Shown: positions 1-14,364 of the stretch, one piece after another
How positions within the stretch are numbered: the first letter of the stretch is position 1
Layout: each line of letters starts with the position of its first letter
Assembly: GCF_022045235.1 (NCBI RefSeq)
Contig: NW_027266273.1
Location: 16,988,001-17,052,000 of the forward strand
Source: Haliotis cracherodii
Lineage: Eukaryota
DNA: 64,000 bases
Direction: 5' to 3'
The notes under the pieces: generated by a model
Seen by the model: only the letters and a program-made list of their open reading frames with translations
What the model was told of the DNA's origin: nothing
Databases searched by the model: none
Translations under genes and position numbers: made by a program

Positions 1-1322
1 TTTCGCCCCTTAATGAGCACCAGACAACAGCAGGTAACAACAACAGGTAAAGAGAAAACTATGAAGGTATTTTATGTGTTGCCTCTTTAATGAAAATCTC
101 TTATTTAGATTAGACGACGCCAATTTCATTCTTTGCATGCCTATATAATTACATCCAAATGCACACTTGGTCTTACATAACGAAGTAATGGAATAATCAA
201 CGAAACGGAATTTTAATAAGCTTAAGTAAGATTCGTTTCAAAAGGTCACATTGGTCCTTGCTGTTTTTACTTAATTACTTTAAAACACACATGTTCTAAT
301 CTAAACAGCCAAACTATCAATTCGTTGAGAAGAAACGAAAGTCTAGAAACCAAAAGTTTGTCCAGATACCTAGAACAACGTGTTGGTATATTTACCAACA
401 ACTAAACAAGTTTAGAAGCGGCTAATTATTTAAAACAATTTCTTTAAAACCTGCAACTTCACCAGCGCTTTGTGTTTTGTCATGCCTGAATCCACAATTC
501 ATAAAAGTTCAGTGCACCTCATTGTTATTCATCATAAGCATGCATACCATATCTGTCATATCTCTCGACACTGAATGCAAGGGGCTGTTATTCCCTCCGC
601 TGTATGATCATCGTAATCATGTCATATACCATAGCATTATTTTAATAAAAAACGCAATAATAGCATAACAAGATATCATGTTAAAACAAGACGCGACTGT
701 GAAAATAACAAAATCGTAAAATACAAAACAATCAAGACGGTTGAGCCTTTTTCCATTGTTTAACTCTGTTACATGTGACTGAAAAAAAATCAGCTAATGC
801 TTGAGTGAAAATGAGAAAAGCATTAGCCTTTTTGGCTTTCAGGAGCACAATAGCCAAAGAAGTTTGTTTTTCCTACCTTTACGCGTGCAGAGCTCCTTCC
901 TGTTTAGAGTAGGACTGTCGCTCCTGCTATGACTTGTGCTATTGCCACGATCGACTTAATAATTTATAGCCAGTCTCTCTCGCCTGTTGCTGATGCTGAG
1001 TCTCTCGCTCTCCCACACCCACCTATAGTAAGCCCACACTCTTGTGGTAAACTCCGCAACGCTCCCTGACATCTCAGGTCTTACGAATTGATTTGACGAA
1101 AGCCAGAAGTCACGTGATTGCTGATTATTAGTCGGGTAAACCAATACCCGACCACAGCACCCAGCAGGGGTCGCAAAGAGAGTCAAATGAGGATTGTTTT
1201 ATGGAATTAGACAGTGCTTTCTTTGCGATCTGTCAATATGGGAGCGACAGTTGTCATCTCTCATAGCACATGGGATGGTAGGAGTGTGGAAGGCGGACTT
1301 ATTGAATAGTGTATGCGCGCGT

Positions 1323-1324
<2 letters not shown>

Positions 1325-1407
<83 letters not shown>
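1325..1407. repeat. (GT)n microsatellite
   Basis: ~41 perfect GT units; explains the CVCVCV ORFs at 1194-1494. Confidence 0.98.
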
Positions 1408-1411
<4 letters not shown>

Positions 1412-1553
1412 GAACGTCAGATGGATATTTGATAATGTTTAGGGTTTCACCCAGTTTGAGTACCATGTTGTATGTGGAGAGAGTAGTTGCATGATCTATG
1501 TTATTGGTCGACTTAATATTTGTTCATGCTTTTTGAACACTCGTCTTTCTAAA

Positions 1554-1709
1554 GGGTGCGGTCGGGTAGTGGTTAAAACTTTCGTTCGTCACGCCGAAGA
1601 CCCGGGTTCCATTCCCAATATGAATAAAATGTGTGAAGCCCATTTCTGATGACCCACGCCATGTTGCTGGAATATTGCTAGGAACGGCGTAAAACCATAC
1701 TCACTTACT
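1554..1709 (+). mobile_element. tRNA-derived SINE, family 1 (~165 bp, ACTC tail)
   Basis: A-box-like gtagtggttaaa, B-box-like gggttccattccc, body tgtgtgaagcccatttct, tail gctggaatattgct...ggcgtaaaaccatactcac; matches copies at 14.2, 31.2, 44.3 and 46.2 kb. Confidence 0.9.
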
Positions 1710-2499
1710 AAACTGGGGTATCTTCGTCTGGGTATGATTTTATAGAGGCATGTAGAGTATGAGCAATAGGTAGTACATCAGTTCTTGATGCCAGTCCTTG
1801 CTCTAAGAGGTAATTAGCTTCAGTAAAGTTATTTCAAGAATTCATACAAACATTTTCGCCACTCAATAGTGTAATGAAATATACAATGAAAGAAATTCTC
1901 ATGTTCGTATTCTAATTAACTTTCAAAGAATGTTCATCAAATCCTTTGTTATAATACTGTACAAAACATCACAGACGTTTAATAAATCTGGACAAAAAAC
2001 TACCTCCGCATGAAGGGAAGATCATATTCCCTTGCAGGTTTGAGCAAAGCCAAAGAAGACCTATTATTGCTTTTTCCAGGGTTTAGCGGCTATTTCATAC
2101 TCGTGACAAAGATAAGAACACACCAATCTGTCTCAACTCAAAATAATAGTAATGAATATATCAACCATTTTGGTAAGTAAAAGCATAAGTAGAATTATGC
2201 ACGATTAACAGAAATAGTACTACGCAAGGGAGGCTGGTATAACACGACATTGGCATAAATAAGTTTCAAACATTATTACTGGCGACTCACGGGAGCAACT
2301 GTACAATTGAATGTATGGTATTGTAATACTTAAACGCACCATTGATATTGCAATAAAGAGAGTGCGTGCGTAAGTTGGATATAACGCCGTTATTGCAATA
2401 GAATGGTTATGATATTATGACAGCAAATGTTGGTAATATATAAAGGCGACAAAACCACTTCCATATTCATAAGACATATTCTGAAAAGAAACAATTGAT

Positions 2500-2635
2500 T
2501 TTACGATTCCGACTATGTCATAAGCATGTGTTTGTGCATCACTATCAAATAGTGATGGTGCCAGATGTTTGCAAAAAGGTGAGCGTATACTGCCCCACAT
2601 GTGGCACCCGTCACAAATACATGCAAAGGCTAGTG
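2500..2635 (-). mobile_element. Penelope-like element fragment (region downstream of RT)
   Basis: Reverse complement matches the tgacgggtgccac..tggggcag..tacgctcacct..cacctgg..catcactatttgatagtgat block that follows RT-thumb codons at 45.85 and 55.37 kb. Confidence 0.6.
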
Positions 2636-3355
2636 AATTGTCACTAGATTATGGTCTGACAAATGAGCCTGGACAGGGCATTTTAAAAGCTCCCTCGTTA
2701 ATATAAATGTATGGACACACACTTATCATACTACCGATTGTTTAGTGCGGCATCATTTTAACAAATTCATAATGTCATATATTTTTATGGTGAAGTTTAC
2801 ACGATATACAGCTTTTCCATTGGACGAGACGTCGGTCACATGACTGCAAAATTGACGTTCATAAGTGTATGAACAACATAATGTGCCATTAGTAAGTTTT
2901 TCTCGAGACTGTATTCTTGACGTGACATATACACTGACGGACTACTTCCATATTCCTGGGGTAACCCCTCAATCTCATGTTGAGTGCAAAAACGACGAAA
3001 TGCAACAAGTTACATAGACATCGAGATCTGAGATAATAATTATTATAACCAAACACTATTAGCAAACAGATATACAAACTACAAAAGAAATAAAATATAA
3101 CCACATATCAAAAGCTAAAATCAGTTCGTTAAACGCTAATATTATCCGTTAAAGATACAGAGGCGATATGTCACTGATAATAACGAGATGGAAAACGACG
3201 TTAACAATATGACAAACGATAAAAAGGAGATGCCATAGAGTACAAAGATATAAAAATTATTATAGCGGGTTATGACATTTTAATCACAGAATATCAAATG
3301 TAACAATGAGGAAATTACAAGAGATGTCAATGATAACAACGATACGTTACAAAAT

Positions 3356-3659
3356 ATAGTTCAAATAAATGTCAAAGAAGATAGTTCAAATATATGTCAA
3401 AGAAGATAGTTCAAATAAATTTCAAAGAAGATAGTTCAAGTATATGTCAAATAAGATAGTTCAAATATATATCAAAGAAGATAGTTCAAATAAATGTCAA
3501 AGAAGATAGTTCAGGTATATGTCAAAGAAGATAGTTCAAGTATATGTCAAAGAAAATAGTTCAAATATATGTCAAAGAAGATAGTTCAAATAAATGTCAA
3601 AGAAGATAGTTCAAGTATATGTCAAAGAGGATAGTTCAAATATATGTCAAAGAAGATAG
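3356..3659. repeat. 25-bp minisatellite (atagttcaaatatatgtcaaagaag x12)
   Basis: 12 near-identical units inside an older degenerate aacgatatgtcaaagata-like array (~3150-3900). Confidence 0.95.
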
Positions 3660-6600
3660 ATAAGTAGATTACAGAATAACAGCGATGTCAAACATAACAA
3701 AATATGCCAAAGAAAACAAAGACATATGCCAACGATAGTAACGGGTGCCTAAATATAACTAGATGTAAAATATTTCAAGATAAAAACGCAATGTCAAATG
3801 GATGTATAAAACAGAAACGATTTGTCAAAGGAAACAACGAAAATTCAAAGATAACAACCAGATGTCAAAGATAACGATTTGTCAAATATAGCAACAATAT
3901 GTTTGAAGTGTTTACAAGATTTTCAAAGGTTTGAAACTTATATGTATTTACAACTTTGATATCCAGTGATCTGGAGTGAAATATATTCCCAGAAAAGGGG
4001 CGTGTATCTACTTTATCGTTTAATCTGAGATGGTGTTTGGTCTGTTTTTAAACAAGACATCAGCATGTTGTTTCTCTTTGGCAGCGCGTTGAATGCATGT
4101 GCCAATTTTGCACGGCTACCTTGTGTTGTTGTTTTTTTGTATTTTTTGTTTGTTTGTTGTTGTTGTTTTGGGTTTTTTCGGAGGAGGGGGGGGGGGGTGG
4201 TGAATGAATGGTGTTTAACGTCTCACACAGCGTCAGAGCAGGATTGTCAAATCGGCCTGTAAATAAACGAGTCTAAACATGCAAACAACGATTCGTGCCA
4301 TCGAGTAACGATGCCACATGTTCATTCAGCTGACAGAGCCTGAACACCGAATCCATTTTAGTCAAATCCGACGAGCATACTTTGATCAGATTCCACCCAG
4401 AAATCCCAAGACATTGAGACGTCGGATGTATGCACCTGTTGAGGAAATAGTATAGCATGTATTTGGGGCTCTAAATGATAAAAACTTCGTCCGTTCAGAA
4501 GGACTGACCTAATGAAACCCATTCAAATATTACTTTAACGTATCCAATACTAATATTTGTATGAGACAAATAGATATCAAATATAATGACGTAAACCTTC
4601 AACGCCTCCCACAAAACGCATTCCATGGGGCGTGAAAGGCAGAATAGCGGTGAAATTACATGGATGGATCGGTGAGAATCAGTAATGCATCAGGTGTTTG
4701 CGAAAAGGGTAAGCGTGCCCTGCCCCAACTTGCACAGATAGTTGCGTGGGCAAATTGGTAAATATCTTGAAGAAGTCTAGAATTGAAGACACATTTACAG
4801 CTGCGCTACCTTTACTGCCGTTGGATAAAATGGAAGCTGTCTAGCCCCCCGTTGCAGACAGTCCTTGGGCACCTTGATAACCTGGTGATTTATGACCATT
4901 CGATCGTATAGAGTCCTAAGAGGATTGAAATGTATATTGTACGATCAGCAACGTTGTTCCCTGTAGTTCAAATACAAACCGTTCAGTATTAACATGCAAC
5001 TCTTTTCAATTCTATTGCGAAGCAGCTATGGTTCATTTAGAATCCTGAATGCATTTGTTGACTGCAGAGACTTCGTTCACGAATATTGAAGAGCTTTAAC
5101 ATTTAGGCACTTGCACAATGGCATTAACAAGAGATGAGCTTTCATTTCATTTGACACAGATACGAGTATGAATATCCCTAATGCTTTTGCGTTTTTTAAG
5201 TCAAATATTTTCTTTTACGCCAAATAAGCGCTAATTTTCCATCTATTCACATTTGTAAAACGTCAAGCCGAGATCACGACACGAAATATATGTACAAGTG
5301 CGTTTAAGAGAAATTAGGAGGAAATTATCGTTCAAGGAAGAACAATACATGTTGTTACTATCTGAGGAAGAACTATCTCCAAAGAGATACACACCATATA
5401 TAGTTTATCATTTTTCCCATTTCAAACAAGCATAAGCATCTTCGCAGATGAAAATAACGCTTAAGAGCATCTCAGAGCTTTTCAGGTTTCATTATTGACA
5501 AAACAGCATTATTCTTGAGTGGGAACAATTCTGTAATCTGCCGCAACCCGGCACTTAAATTCAACAGAGCATCATAGTTCCCAACAGTTACCATGGTAAC
5601 GTCATGCACACGCACTGTCGCTTCACATGGAACTGCAGAATGGTCGATTACAAATACATTCCATTTTTCATATCTGTCAAAATAATACCCCAATCTCGTA
5701 TGGAGTGATTTCAAGTTGTTGTCCAGTTTTAAAGCTAGAGCACGGAATATTAAAAGCTTTTACTGTTGTCGTATAATAGGAATAATCTTAATTGTGATGT
5801 TAAGTTCAACTTCGCCGTTATCACACGTGTCAGAAATGCGTAATAATTCCCTATTAAATAATACTGAGTGACAGTAAACGATTTATAATCGGTTTTTCAA
5901 TCCCATTCGTCTGTAAATGATACCGACAATCAATATTCGGTATTTGTTTTGATTGACAATTACGTTACCATTACGCACCAGATATCTACAATAAATGTGT
6001 CATACGTTTTACTTTGTTTGAAAGATTAGATAAACCGGTACATCATGTTGTTAAAAAATATATACAAATGTAGCGTGGTCCAAGTCCTTACGAAAACAAA
6101 TCGACATTTATACGTATGAATCAACTTTTTTGTAAAATTATATAAGTATTTCTAATGTACAGATATCGAAATATGACAACTCTGTATCGATAATACTTTC
6201 AACATTGTGTGAAAAGGACAATCCTCGGAAATTGGGGTAAAAAATCTCTACTTCAACAATTTAAACTCTACTCAATATAAAATTAAATACATTTCGGAGC
6301 AATGTTACTTTCAGCATAAAAACTACTGGTAAACGTTTGAAAGACAAATATACGAATAACGACCAATTCGGCTTATCGTAATTCGTGTGTCCCACTCCTG
6401 TAGACACTGTACATTTCTGAAGAAAACAAAAACATTGGAACGGTGCTGAGATGCTAACATTTTCCATGTCAAAATCCAATAAGCTTCTACTATGATTCCC
6501 GAGTGAGTTATTAAGTGAAATATAGTAGACTAAGTATATAACACTCCGTTCCGGTGGGAAATGTGTATACTGGTGGACGAAAAGGGAAGTAACGTGTTAT

Positions 6601-7639
6601 ACATCAATGGTCTTCGAAAGACGAATAACGAAATAGATGTACGTCATTCAGGATTGTGAAGGACGAATAACGAAAAACGAAATGGTTCGTTAAGTGAAAA
6701 GCGCATAATGAACAAGGAAATATTTGGTTATTTGTGTTTCCGAATCTCGAATGACCAATAACGATTAAACTCCTGATGGGTGTAATGAAGTAATCAAACT
6801 TAAGAAGAGCCATAGATGTAAGCAAACCCTTTTCTCCGAAAGGAATTTATACAAACTAGGGGAGACTTTTGGTTGACATATGTACACTCTTATAAGTATA
6901 CACATATCAAAAGGATAGCAGGTGCTCGCGAATAGAGCTAATTGTGTCTGTTGATATTCTGTTGATATGTTGATATTTTCAAAAGAAAAAAGACAAGTTT
7001 GTGAATCCTCCATTAAAGGGGCAAGGTCAAGAATGATACAATCCAGTCTGATACATGACTTCAAGAAGCAAAAAAACGAACACTCATGGACGTTCCTTAC
7101 ACGCGAATTGAAACGCGTTTCTGTGATCGGAAACCCGGAAAGGACATTGGTAAACAGTGATTATCAATCATAGAACAAATATAACTCTAATTGGCATGTT
7201 GAAAATAGACAGCGAATTTGACAACAGTGTAATTCAGAATCCTTCCCATGGGTGTTTAACTGATTACATAAAATAAACATCTAATCATAGAATAAGATCA
7301 AAAAGAGACATTTTACATCTGCTGAATTAACCACCGGAGGAGAACAATTCAAGATGTTTAAGTACAATTAATTCAAAGGTCAGTGCCGTGGGGGAATTCA
7401 TACTCCTAAATAAGACACTTGAAAAGAAAGAGATTCAAACAAATTCATCAAAACTCTACACTCAAGAATTATTTGTCAAAGACAAGAAAATCAGAAGTTT
7501 GCAAAACGTGTATGTGGTGATCTTTGAAAAGGAACCATGATATCAAGATTGTGAAAATTTAGTACGTTGGTATTAATCATGGCATCTTAACGTCATCCCA
7601 CTGGACTGTAATTCAAATTCTTCTTGATGTTTTTCATAG

Positions 7640-7900
7640 TGTCATATATTGCATCATCAAAACCTTCCGGACAAAGGAAAGTACACACTTCAAAATTGGA
7701 TTTGAACACAGAATTACAAACATTATCAAAATGTTACTAGGCTGAAAAATGTTGCCGGAAACTGCAAATGTAAGGTCCAAAACACAACTATGATACCCGA
7801 ATCAAATACATCACCATGGAATAACCATTGTTTGTTTGTTTGTTTCGTTTTTATCCACCACCAATCATAGGTGTATATTTTCTTTTGCCCTGAAGTTTAG
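7640..7900. repeat. Remnant of the local duplication unit
   Basis: Collinear with 17610-17860 (direct) and 24420-24590 (inverted): aaattggattt...aaaygttactaggctgaaaa...atgatacc. Confidence 0.8.
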
Positions 7901-8717
7901 ATTCTGACTTCTTTCAGTCGATGAGTTAATATAGAAGTTACCACCGTGGTATTGTCTATGACGCGTTATAGAGTATGCGAGCAAGCGCTCAAATTCCCTC
8001 ATGAACCTGCCTGGGGCCTAATATGCAATCATCGTCAATTGCTTCGGAGCCGGATTTGTACTGACAGGTTTATAGCAAGGATCAAGCACTCAGCTGCAGG
8101 TAAAAGGTATCTAGACCGACAAATTGATATAGATGTAAGGCTATCAACTTCAAAGAGATTTAATTGCCACCATTACCTCCCAAAGTGTGATACAACATAT
8201 AAGAAGGTGACAACAGAACCCATCGAGGGAAGACATTTGATGCAAATTAAAGTACGCTTTCACATAAACTGCTATATCATGTTCATGTGGGACAATGTAC
8301 TGCAATAACCTACCATATCAAGTAATTTTCATGAAAACTTCATTTCCGTTCATCAGATGCGTGAAGCAGCCAGGAAGTAATCACACGAAACTAATTGATA
8401 ACAAAATATGGTTGATTTAATGCAATGAGAAATTTATTCGTCTTGTGAAGAGGAAATGTATATTTTCACTGAGTACATTTTGATTCAGTTGGGGTCTGTA
8501 AGAATAGCATCACACAACAGTGAATATGGACTGGGATAGCGGGTATCACAAGACGATTAATTGTTTTATAATTGCAGGATGTGAATAACCGTCTAATAAA
8601 TTAATTTTGTTTCTGTCTGTGTTTTGGCAATAATAACATTTGATTTATATAGATACGTATATATACTTTCTGGAGACAACTCCTTGAGGCAATATAAAAT
8701 AAAATATTCCAGTTTGG

Positions 8718-8990
8718 GACCCGTGAAGATCCGGGGTAGATTAGCTTTTCAGCAACTAATGCTTGCCGTAAAAGGCGACTGTGCTTGCCATAAGAGGCGA
8801 CTCACGGGATCGGGTGGTGAGGCTCGCTGACTTGGTTGATGCATGTCATCGTATCCCAATTGCGTGGATCGATGTTCATAATGTCAATTCCTGGATTGTC
8901 TGGTCCAGACTCGGTTATTACAGACCGCCGTCATACAGCTGGGATATTGCTGAGTGCCGCGTTTAACAGCAACAATCAAACAAAAACAAC
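8718..8990 (+). mobile_element. SINE family 2 (~270 bp; structured 5' leader, degenerate tRNA-like part, AAAC tail)
   Basis: gacccgtgaagatccgggg...aagaggcgact...gatcgatg...tctggtccagactcg...atattgctgagtg; about 10 copies or fragments in the window. Confidence 0.9.
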
Positions 8991-9045
8991 AATACAGTTT
9001 GACTTATGGGCACATACAGAATGATGAGTCCCCACTGATTATGAG

Positions 9046-9304
9046 TGAGTGAGTTGGGTTTAACAGTATTCCAGTTATATCACGGCGTGTCAGCTGAATG
9101 TGGGAGGAAAGCCCGAAGTGATGCATGTCCCAGACATTTACCACTTAGGTGAAACCTACGAGCACGGGTATGGTGCTAACAAACATAGAAACATAATCGG
9201 GAGGAACCGGGATTCGAACCCACAATCATAGGTGTCTGGCGTGTCCAAGGGACGCAACTCTGCAAAGCGAATCGCGGCGCCTTAGACGACTGGGTCATCC
9301 GTGC
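9046..9304 (-). mobile_element. SINE family 3 with tRNA-Leu-like head
   Basis: TSD ccccactgattatgag (9030-9045 / 9305-9320); minus-strand head ggatgacccagtcgtctaaggcgcc...gtgggttcgaatccc; (ACTC)n tail. Confidence 0.88.
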
Positions 9305-9954
9305 CCCCACTGATTATGAGGTATGAGAGTCGAAAATACTCTGACTAACGTTAACCATACTTACTCATAGTCAAAACGATCTACATGCCCATATTGTATA
9401 GGCATGTCATATGCATTTAAACATTTTCCAGTTAGCCATTCTGTAAAACAATATACAATGGGACAGGAGGGGTAGTGGTCGTCTTCGTCATTGTCAGAGA
9501 CGGATAAGACACGATGCATGTTTTACAGAGTTATTACGGCCATTAGGTACTTCTCACATTTTCCACTCTCCAGAAGTGTTTTGGAAATTGAAATTTAGTC
9601 AAACAATCAAGCACATACTAAAGAGATTAATGTATTGTATTGAAGTATAAACCAAAAAAAGAAAACACATCAAAACACACACTGCCATCAAAAGTTTGAC
9701 GTGTTGAATCTGGCCATGCATATGGTAAATCGCGTATGTAACACTTCATATGAGAATCTTTAATCAACATTTTATCCAACTTGCGTTGTCTTCCTTTTGA
9801 CCCCACAGGAGCTCTTGGTTGACGTTATATGCTTTGTGGTTTTGACTGCATGGCTTAAAACCTTCACTGTCATGGTAACCCTTGTTGGGTGATTTGCATA
9901 CATTTTCATTTTTATTTATGCTGATAAGCAGAATAATGATGCGTGTACATTTTC

Positions 9955-10108
9955 ATTACCGACAGTTAAGACAAACAATTGCACTCCGTTGTACAAACGT
10001 GTAGCCTCTTAATGTTATCGACGGCTTAGACAAACAGCTACATACCGTTGTACAAAATGTATGCATCTTATCATTACCGACAGTTTAGACAAATGACTAC
10101 ATTCCGTT
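9955..10108. repeat. ~59-bp tandem repeat, ~2.6 diverged copies
   Basis: cattaccgacagttwagacaaa...ccgttgtacaaa recurs at ~59-bp spacing. Confidence 0.8.
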
Positions 10109-10689
10109 TCCCACTTATCCAACTTATGTTACTGCTGTTCTTCACACGCCGGCGCAGTGGTGACTTAACATAACACCACTGCCACAGGTTAATTTGCATA
10201 TCAGGTGACCGGACTTTTCTCTTGTTTGTAAACAAACACGCTTTTCAGAAATCAGAATAGAACAGACTAATGCAAGTATTTGGGGGTGCTTTACATATTG
10301 TTTTGCATAATTATATATAGATATGCTCCTACAACGGCGACAGTGAGTTGCATGACAATTCATATTTACACATCAAAGTGACCGTATCGCTGGCTCTCCG
10401 TTGGGCTTCGATGACAGCACGTGGAGCCGTACAACCAATGTAAACATAGGATTACAACGCAAATGGAAATAATTTTTTTACGATTTAGGATATTTTCTCA
10501 ATGAAAGTTAACCATTCTATGACATATGTTTATCTAGATATGTAGAATTGTCAAATATGAAATAGATGAAAATCATATGCAATATCTTGAATGGACTGTG
10601 TTAGATGTGACGATTCGTCACATGACGCTGGCGTGTGCTGATATACTATGCTGGTCGCATGGAACTCTGGGTAGGAGAGTGTGCTGTTC

Positions 10690-11250
10690 TTATGACTTCA
10701 TCTTTCCAACAGTCAGCTTCACCTTCATGTACATGTCAAGTAATCTAGAGCTCCAGCCCTTGTTGTCTGAATTCTTCACAGTTGAGGTATAATTCATTAT
10801 AACAATGTTAAAATCTAATGTAGTGTAATACATTGCTCTCTGTCTTTTGGTGAATACTAGCTGTTGGAGAACTTCAACCATAACAACATCTTTGTCTTAT
10901 ATGTAACACGTATGAGTTTGGTGTCAACAGCTTTTGGTGTTTACATTCACAAATTGTGAGGTACAATCGAGTATACTCTTTCTATGTAGATTTCAAAGGG
11001 CCTGATACGACTCAAGAGTTTTTTTATCAGGGTTTCAACATTCAAGCCCTCAGCAAAGCCTTTAAAAACGTTTTAGAGTAGACATGTGCAAATTTGACGT
11101 GACAAAACTGATGTTCAATGAAATTCCATACTTTGACTTTGACCATATGTCCCCTTGAGTTTTCAGATGAACAACTTGCCTTTGCATTTATTAGTGGCGA
11201 GTGCCTACGGTGGGTCAAGGCACGCTGCCAAGATACTCCAGATATGTATA
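10690..11250 (+). mobile_element. Degenerate Penelope-like RT C-terminal/thumb fragment
   Basis: Translates with frameshifts as DFIFPTVSFTFM.SSN...AFGVYI...RYNR...QGF...LSKAFK, matching the PLE motif FNFPIVNFPFLSSNIP..PAYGVYISQL.RY. Confidence 0.7.
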
Positions 11251-12054
11251 GACAACACCTGTCTTGCAATGGTTCGACATCTTCAAATTGCGTTCTTGTT
11301 TCGAAATGTCATGTTTAAGGGATTCCTGCTTACGGGTTTCTAATCTTTGGAAATCAGTTCTATGTAAGTTTTGAAATTTACATGCTTATGATACTACGTG
11401 CAGACAGTGTGTCCATAGTATTTTTAGTTTCAAAAATATATTTGAAGCAGCTGGATACAGACGATCGAAAGCTTTAACCACTAGGTTATGTCTACATATA
11501 TCACAGGCTAATGTGACATATCTTGCTCGTTATCTTCGGCCAGATGGGTCTGGAGAAGCTACCTTGTAAACTATGGACATTCTCGACATACACCAGCAGT
11601 AAGTTGGCAGCTGAATGCATTGAGATATCTTCATCTATCGAGGTCCGAAAGTAATTCTGTTGATGATTACGAATATAGAAAATAGTCGCTGTTTAAAAAG
11701 GCACTGCTCCGTTTAAGAGGACATTTTGACACCAACATGACATAAAATTAACTGAACATGAAACAGAGTTACCAAGGTGATTTCATGGATACCTTTCAAG
11801 GTATAAAATTCGAACTCCAGTCATTTCTTGACATTTAGCATATTGTGCATTCTAACAACACCACAATAATGTAATGTCGTTTAATATAATAATATATCAT
11901 GAGAAACAGACTTTTGGCAGAGGTTTCTTGTGAATATGGAAATGGTTTTGTCGCTAATATGTACATTCATTAAAGAACTGTGGAGAGTGCATGTCAGTGG
12001 CAGAAACTTTGGTTCCAATCTCAGATTTGCTCTGATCATAATTATTGCAATTTC

Positions 12055-12204
12055 AACACCATACCCGAGTTCGTGGATCTGATCAAAGTGGTAAATGTTT
12101 AGGGTGAGCATTAGGTTTGGCTTTCCTGCCACATTAAGCTAGCTGACACGCCTTGACTGAAATGCCCAGCCAAGAGGCATTAACCCCGACTCACTCACTC
12201 ACTT
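12055..12204 (+). mobile_element. SINE family 3, 3' fragment
   Basis: caccatacccg...agtggtaaatgt...ggctttcct.ccacatt...gctgacacgcc...actcactcactcact matches the reverse complement of 9046-9180. Confidence 0.75.
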
Positions 12205-12746
12205 ATAACTTCAGATTAAATTTGATGGTTTGTCACGGAGTTGGATGATTGTGGGTTGGGTGAAGCGTATTGATATAATAGTATTTCTTTGTAATGGTTC
12301 GTCGATGACTTTATGTTTAGGGTTTGTCATTTGCAATGAAATATTAAATATAGGCAATGGTTTAGTTTCTCTCAGACCTTTCACATTATGTACGAAAGAT
12401 TTGATGAAATGTTCTAAATACTGCCATGGGCCAGGAATTCCTTCAACAAGAAGAAATGTCGAGTCACTCGAGAAGCTACTGTATTAACGACCTTTCATAC
12501 TTTATGTTAAAGTGCACTATCTCTGCATCCATCATACATCGTCTCTCGTATGGAATGTCGTGTACGGAGAAATTGCCAAATAGAAGTTTATCTGACGCCT
12601 TGGTTGAGGCAACACATGATAGCCAGTAAAACGACACCTATGAACGTAGAACCATGTATATACTAAGCATCTACTGCTTCAATATGAAACACCTCAAATG
12701 ATTCTATCATAATTATATTCATGTGAGTGTGTGTGTGTAGATGGCT

Positions 12747-12747
12747 G

Positions 12748-12790
<43 letters not shown>
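12747..12790. repeat. (GATA)n microsatellite
   Basis: ~11 GATA units. Confidence 0.95.
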
Positions 12791-12791
<1 letters not shown>

Positions 12792-14197
12792 TCAACTACA
12801 CGAACATTGTAGCTGTAGCGTGAACTACAAACCGACCAGATCTCTCCATGACACAACATATGAAGTATGGGGTCGTCACACAGTAAATGCTAGTTTCATT
12901 CTTCCTTTTGATGTTAATGCTTTGGGACTCGACGGACGTTGTTGGCAACCAATGTCTTTATGGCAATTCAAACTGTCTGACAGCGAAATGCTTGTAAGCG
13001 ATACGCAGACAACAACCATGTTATCAACTCTGAAGGAAATATCATTTGGTAGAAATCAATCATGATGTATCAAAAGTTATGCTACACAGAAATCTTCGAA
13101 TAATACCCAGGGGTAACATTAGTATCAAAATCGTCCCTCGATGATAATTGAAAGTTGCAATAATGGACGGAACAATCTTTTCAAAGGTTAGGGTGTATCA
13201 ATAGATATCGAAACTGCACAATCGCGTATGAATTAGATCCCAATTAGGCTGTTTTAAGAACCATCGGCTATCACATTACAAGCAACATATTACATAATGT
13301 TCACATGCTGTTAGCTTAATTTACACCAACCTCAGGGGATTTGCAAGGTGGGATATTTCAAATTACATATCTCTGCAAAGATTATTTTGTTGTTAGCTTT
13401 ATGGTCAAATAAATAGATTGCAAGTGATTCCATGGCATTTCCTTGGCTGGCTCACCAAGCAATTGTTTTGGGGGTTTTTGCGTTTATGTTCTATTACTAC
13501 TGTTTCTTGATTGGCTGATTATACGGTGGGCGGGGCTTGGTCGGCATTATTGCGAACTCGAACTGATTTCAAAATTGTTGTCTGCCGTTTTGCATTGATT
13601 ATATACGCAGTCTGTGAAGTTCTTATCGTTGACTTTTTTCTCATAAGAATAGGTTTCAATGTGTTTGTTTTTTTGTGTTTTTGTGGTATTTACAGTATGC
13701 ACATCGGTTGTACTTTTATATAAACGCAAAACATATCAAAGTGTATTCATAAAAGGTAGGCACTTCATGTCGTATTGAGTCTTTATTTCAGTACCGTTTC
13801 CAAAATACATGACTGTATAATCAGAAGACATCAAGGCAGCAAACACTCGGAATAATTCGAATGAACGTTTGCCCGTTTTGTCATCCCGAAGATTTGCTAT
13901 TCCTAAAACCTTCAGCTTAATTAAAAGACTCCTTGTGGGATTTATACGGACAAACTAATATTTTTTCCCTGAAACTATTTTGCTGCTCAAGCGAATTTTA
14001 ATGATCATAAATGGGTGAATTTATTTTAATGACGTTTCGATCAGCATTTCACTTATATCACGTTGTGGCAGCCTAATTTGGGGGGAATCAAAATTCCATG
14101 CAGGTCTTACAACCCATGAATATCAGTCTGGTTGTGGCAAACTAAGAATCATAATCATTTTTTTCTCAGTAAATACCCGAGCTGACTTTCATATAAA

Positions 14198-14364
14198 GTG
14201 AGTGAGTGAATATGCTTTTATGTCGCTTTTAGTAATATTCCAGCACTATCACAGCGGGGGATACCAGCAATGGGCTTCACACATTTTACGCCTGTGTTAA
14301 ATCGAATCCTGGTCTACGGCGTGACGAGCGAATAGTTTAACCACTGGACCACCCAACCGTCCCT
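14198..14364 (-). mobile_element. SINE family 1
   Basis: Reverse-complement match to family 1 (gtgagtgagtga tail ... gggcttcacac ... ggcgtgacgagcgaa ... taaccact). Confidence 0.88.

Noticed and set aside
1194-1494. Cys/Val-repeat ORFs
   Set aside because: Translation of a (GT)n microsatellite
4273-4458. THAP-like peptide (KVCSSD)
   Set aside because: Lacks the C2CH ligands; chance similarity
6900-7600. Possible very old LINE ORF2 C-terminal remnant
   Set aside because: Only A-rich composition and faint motif echoes; not enough to call
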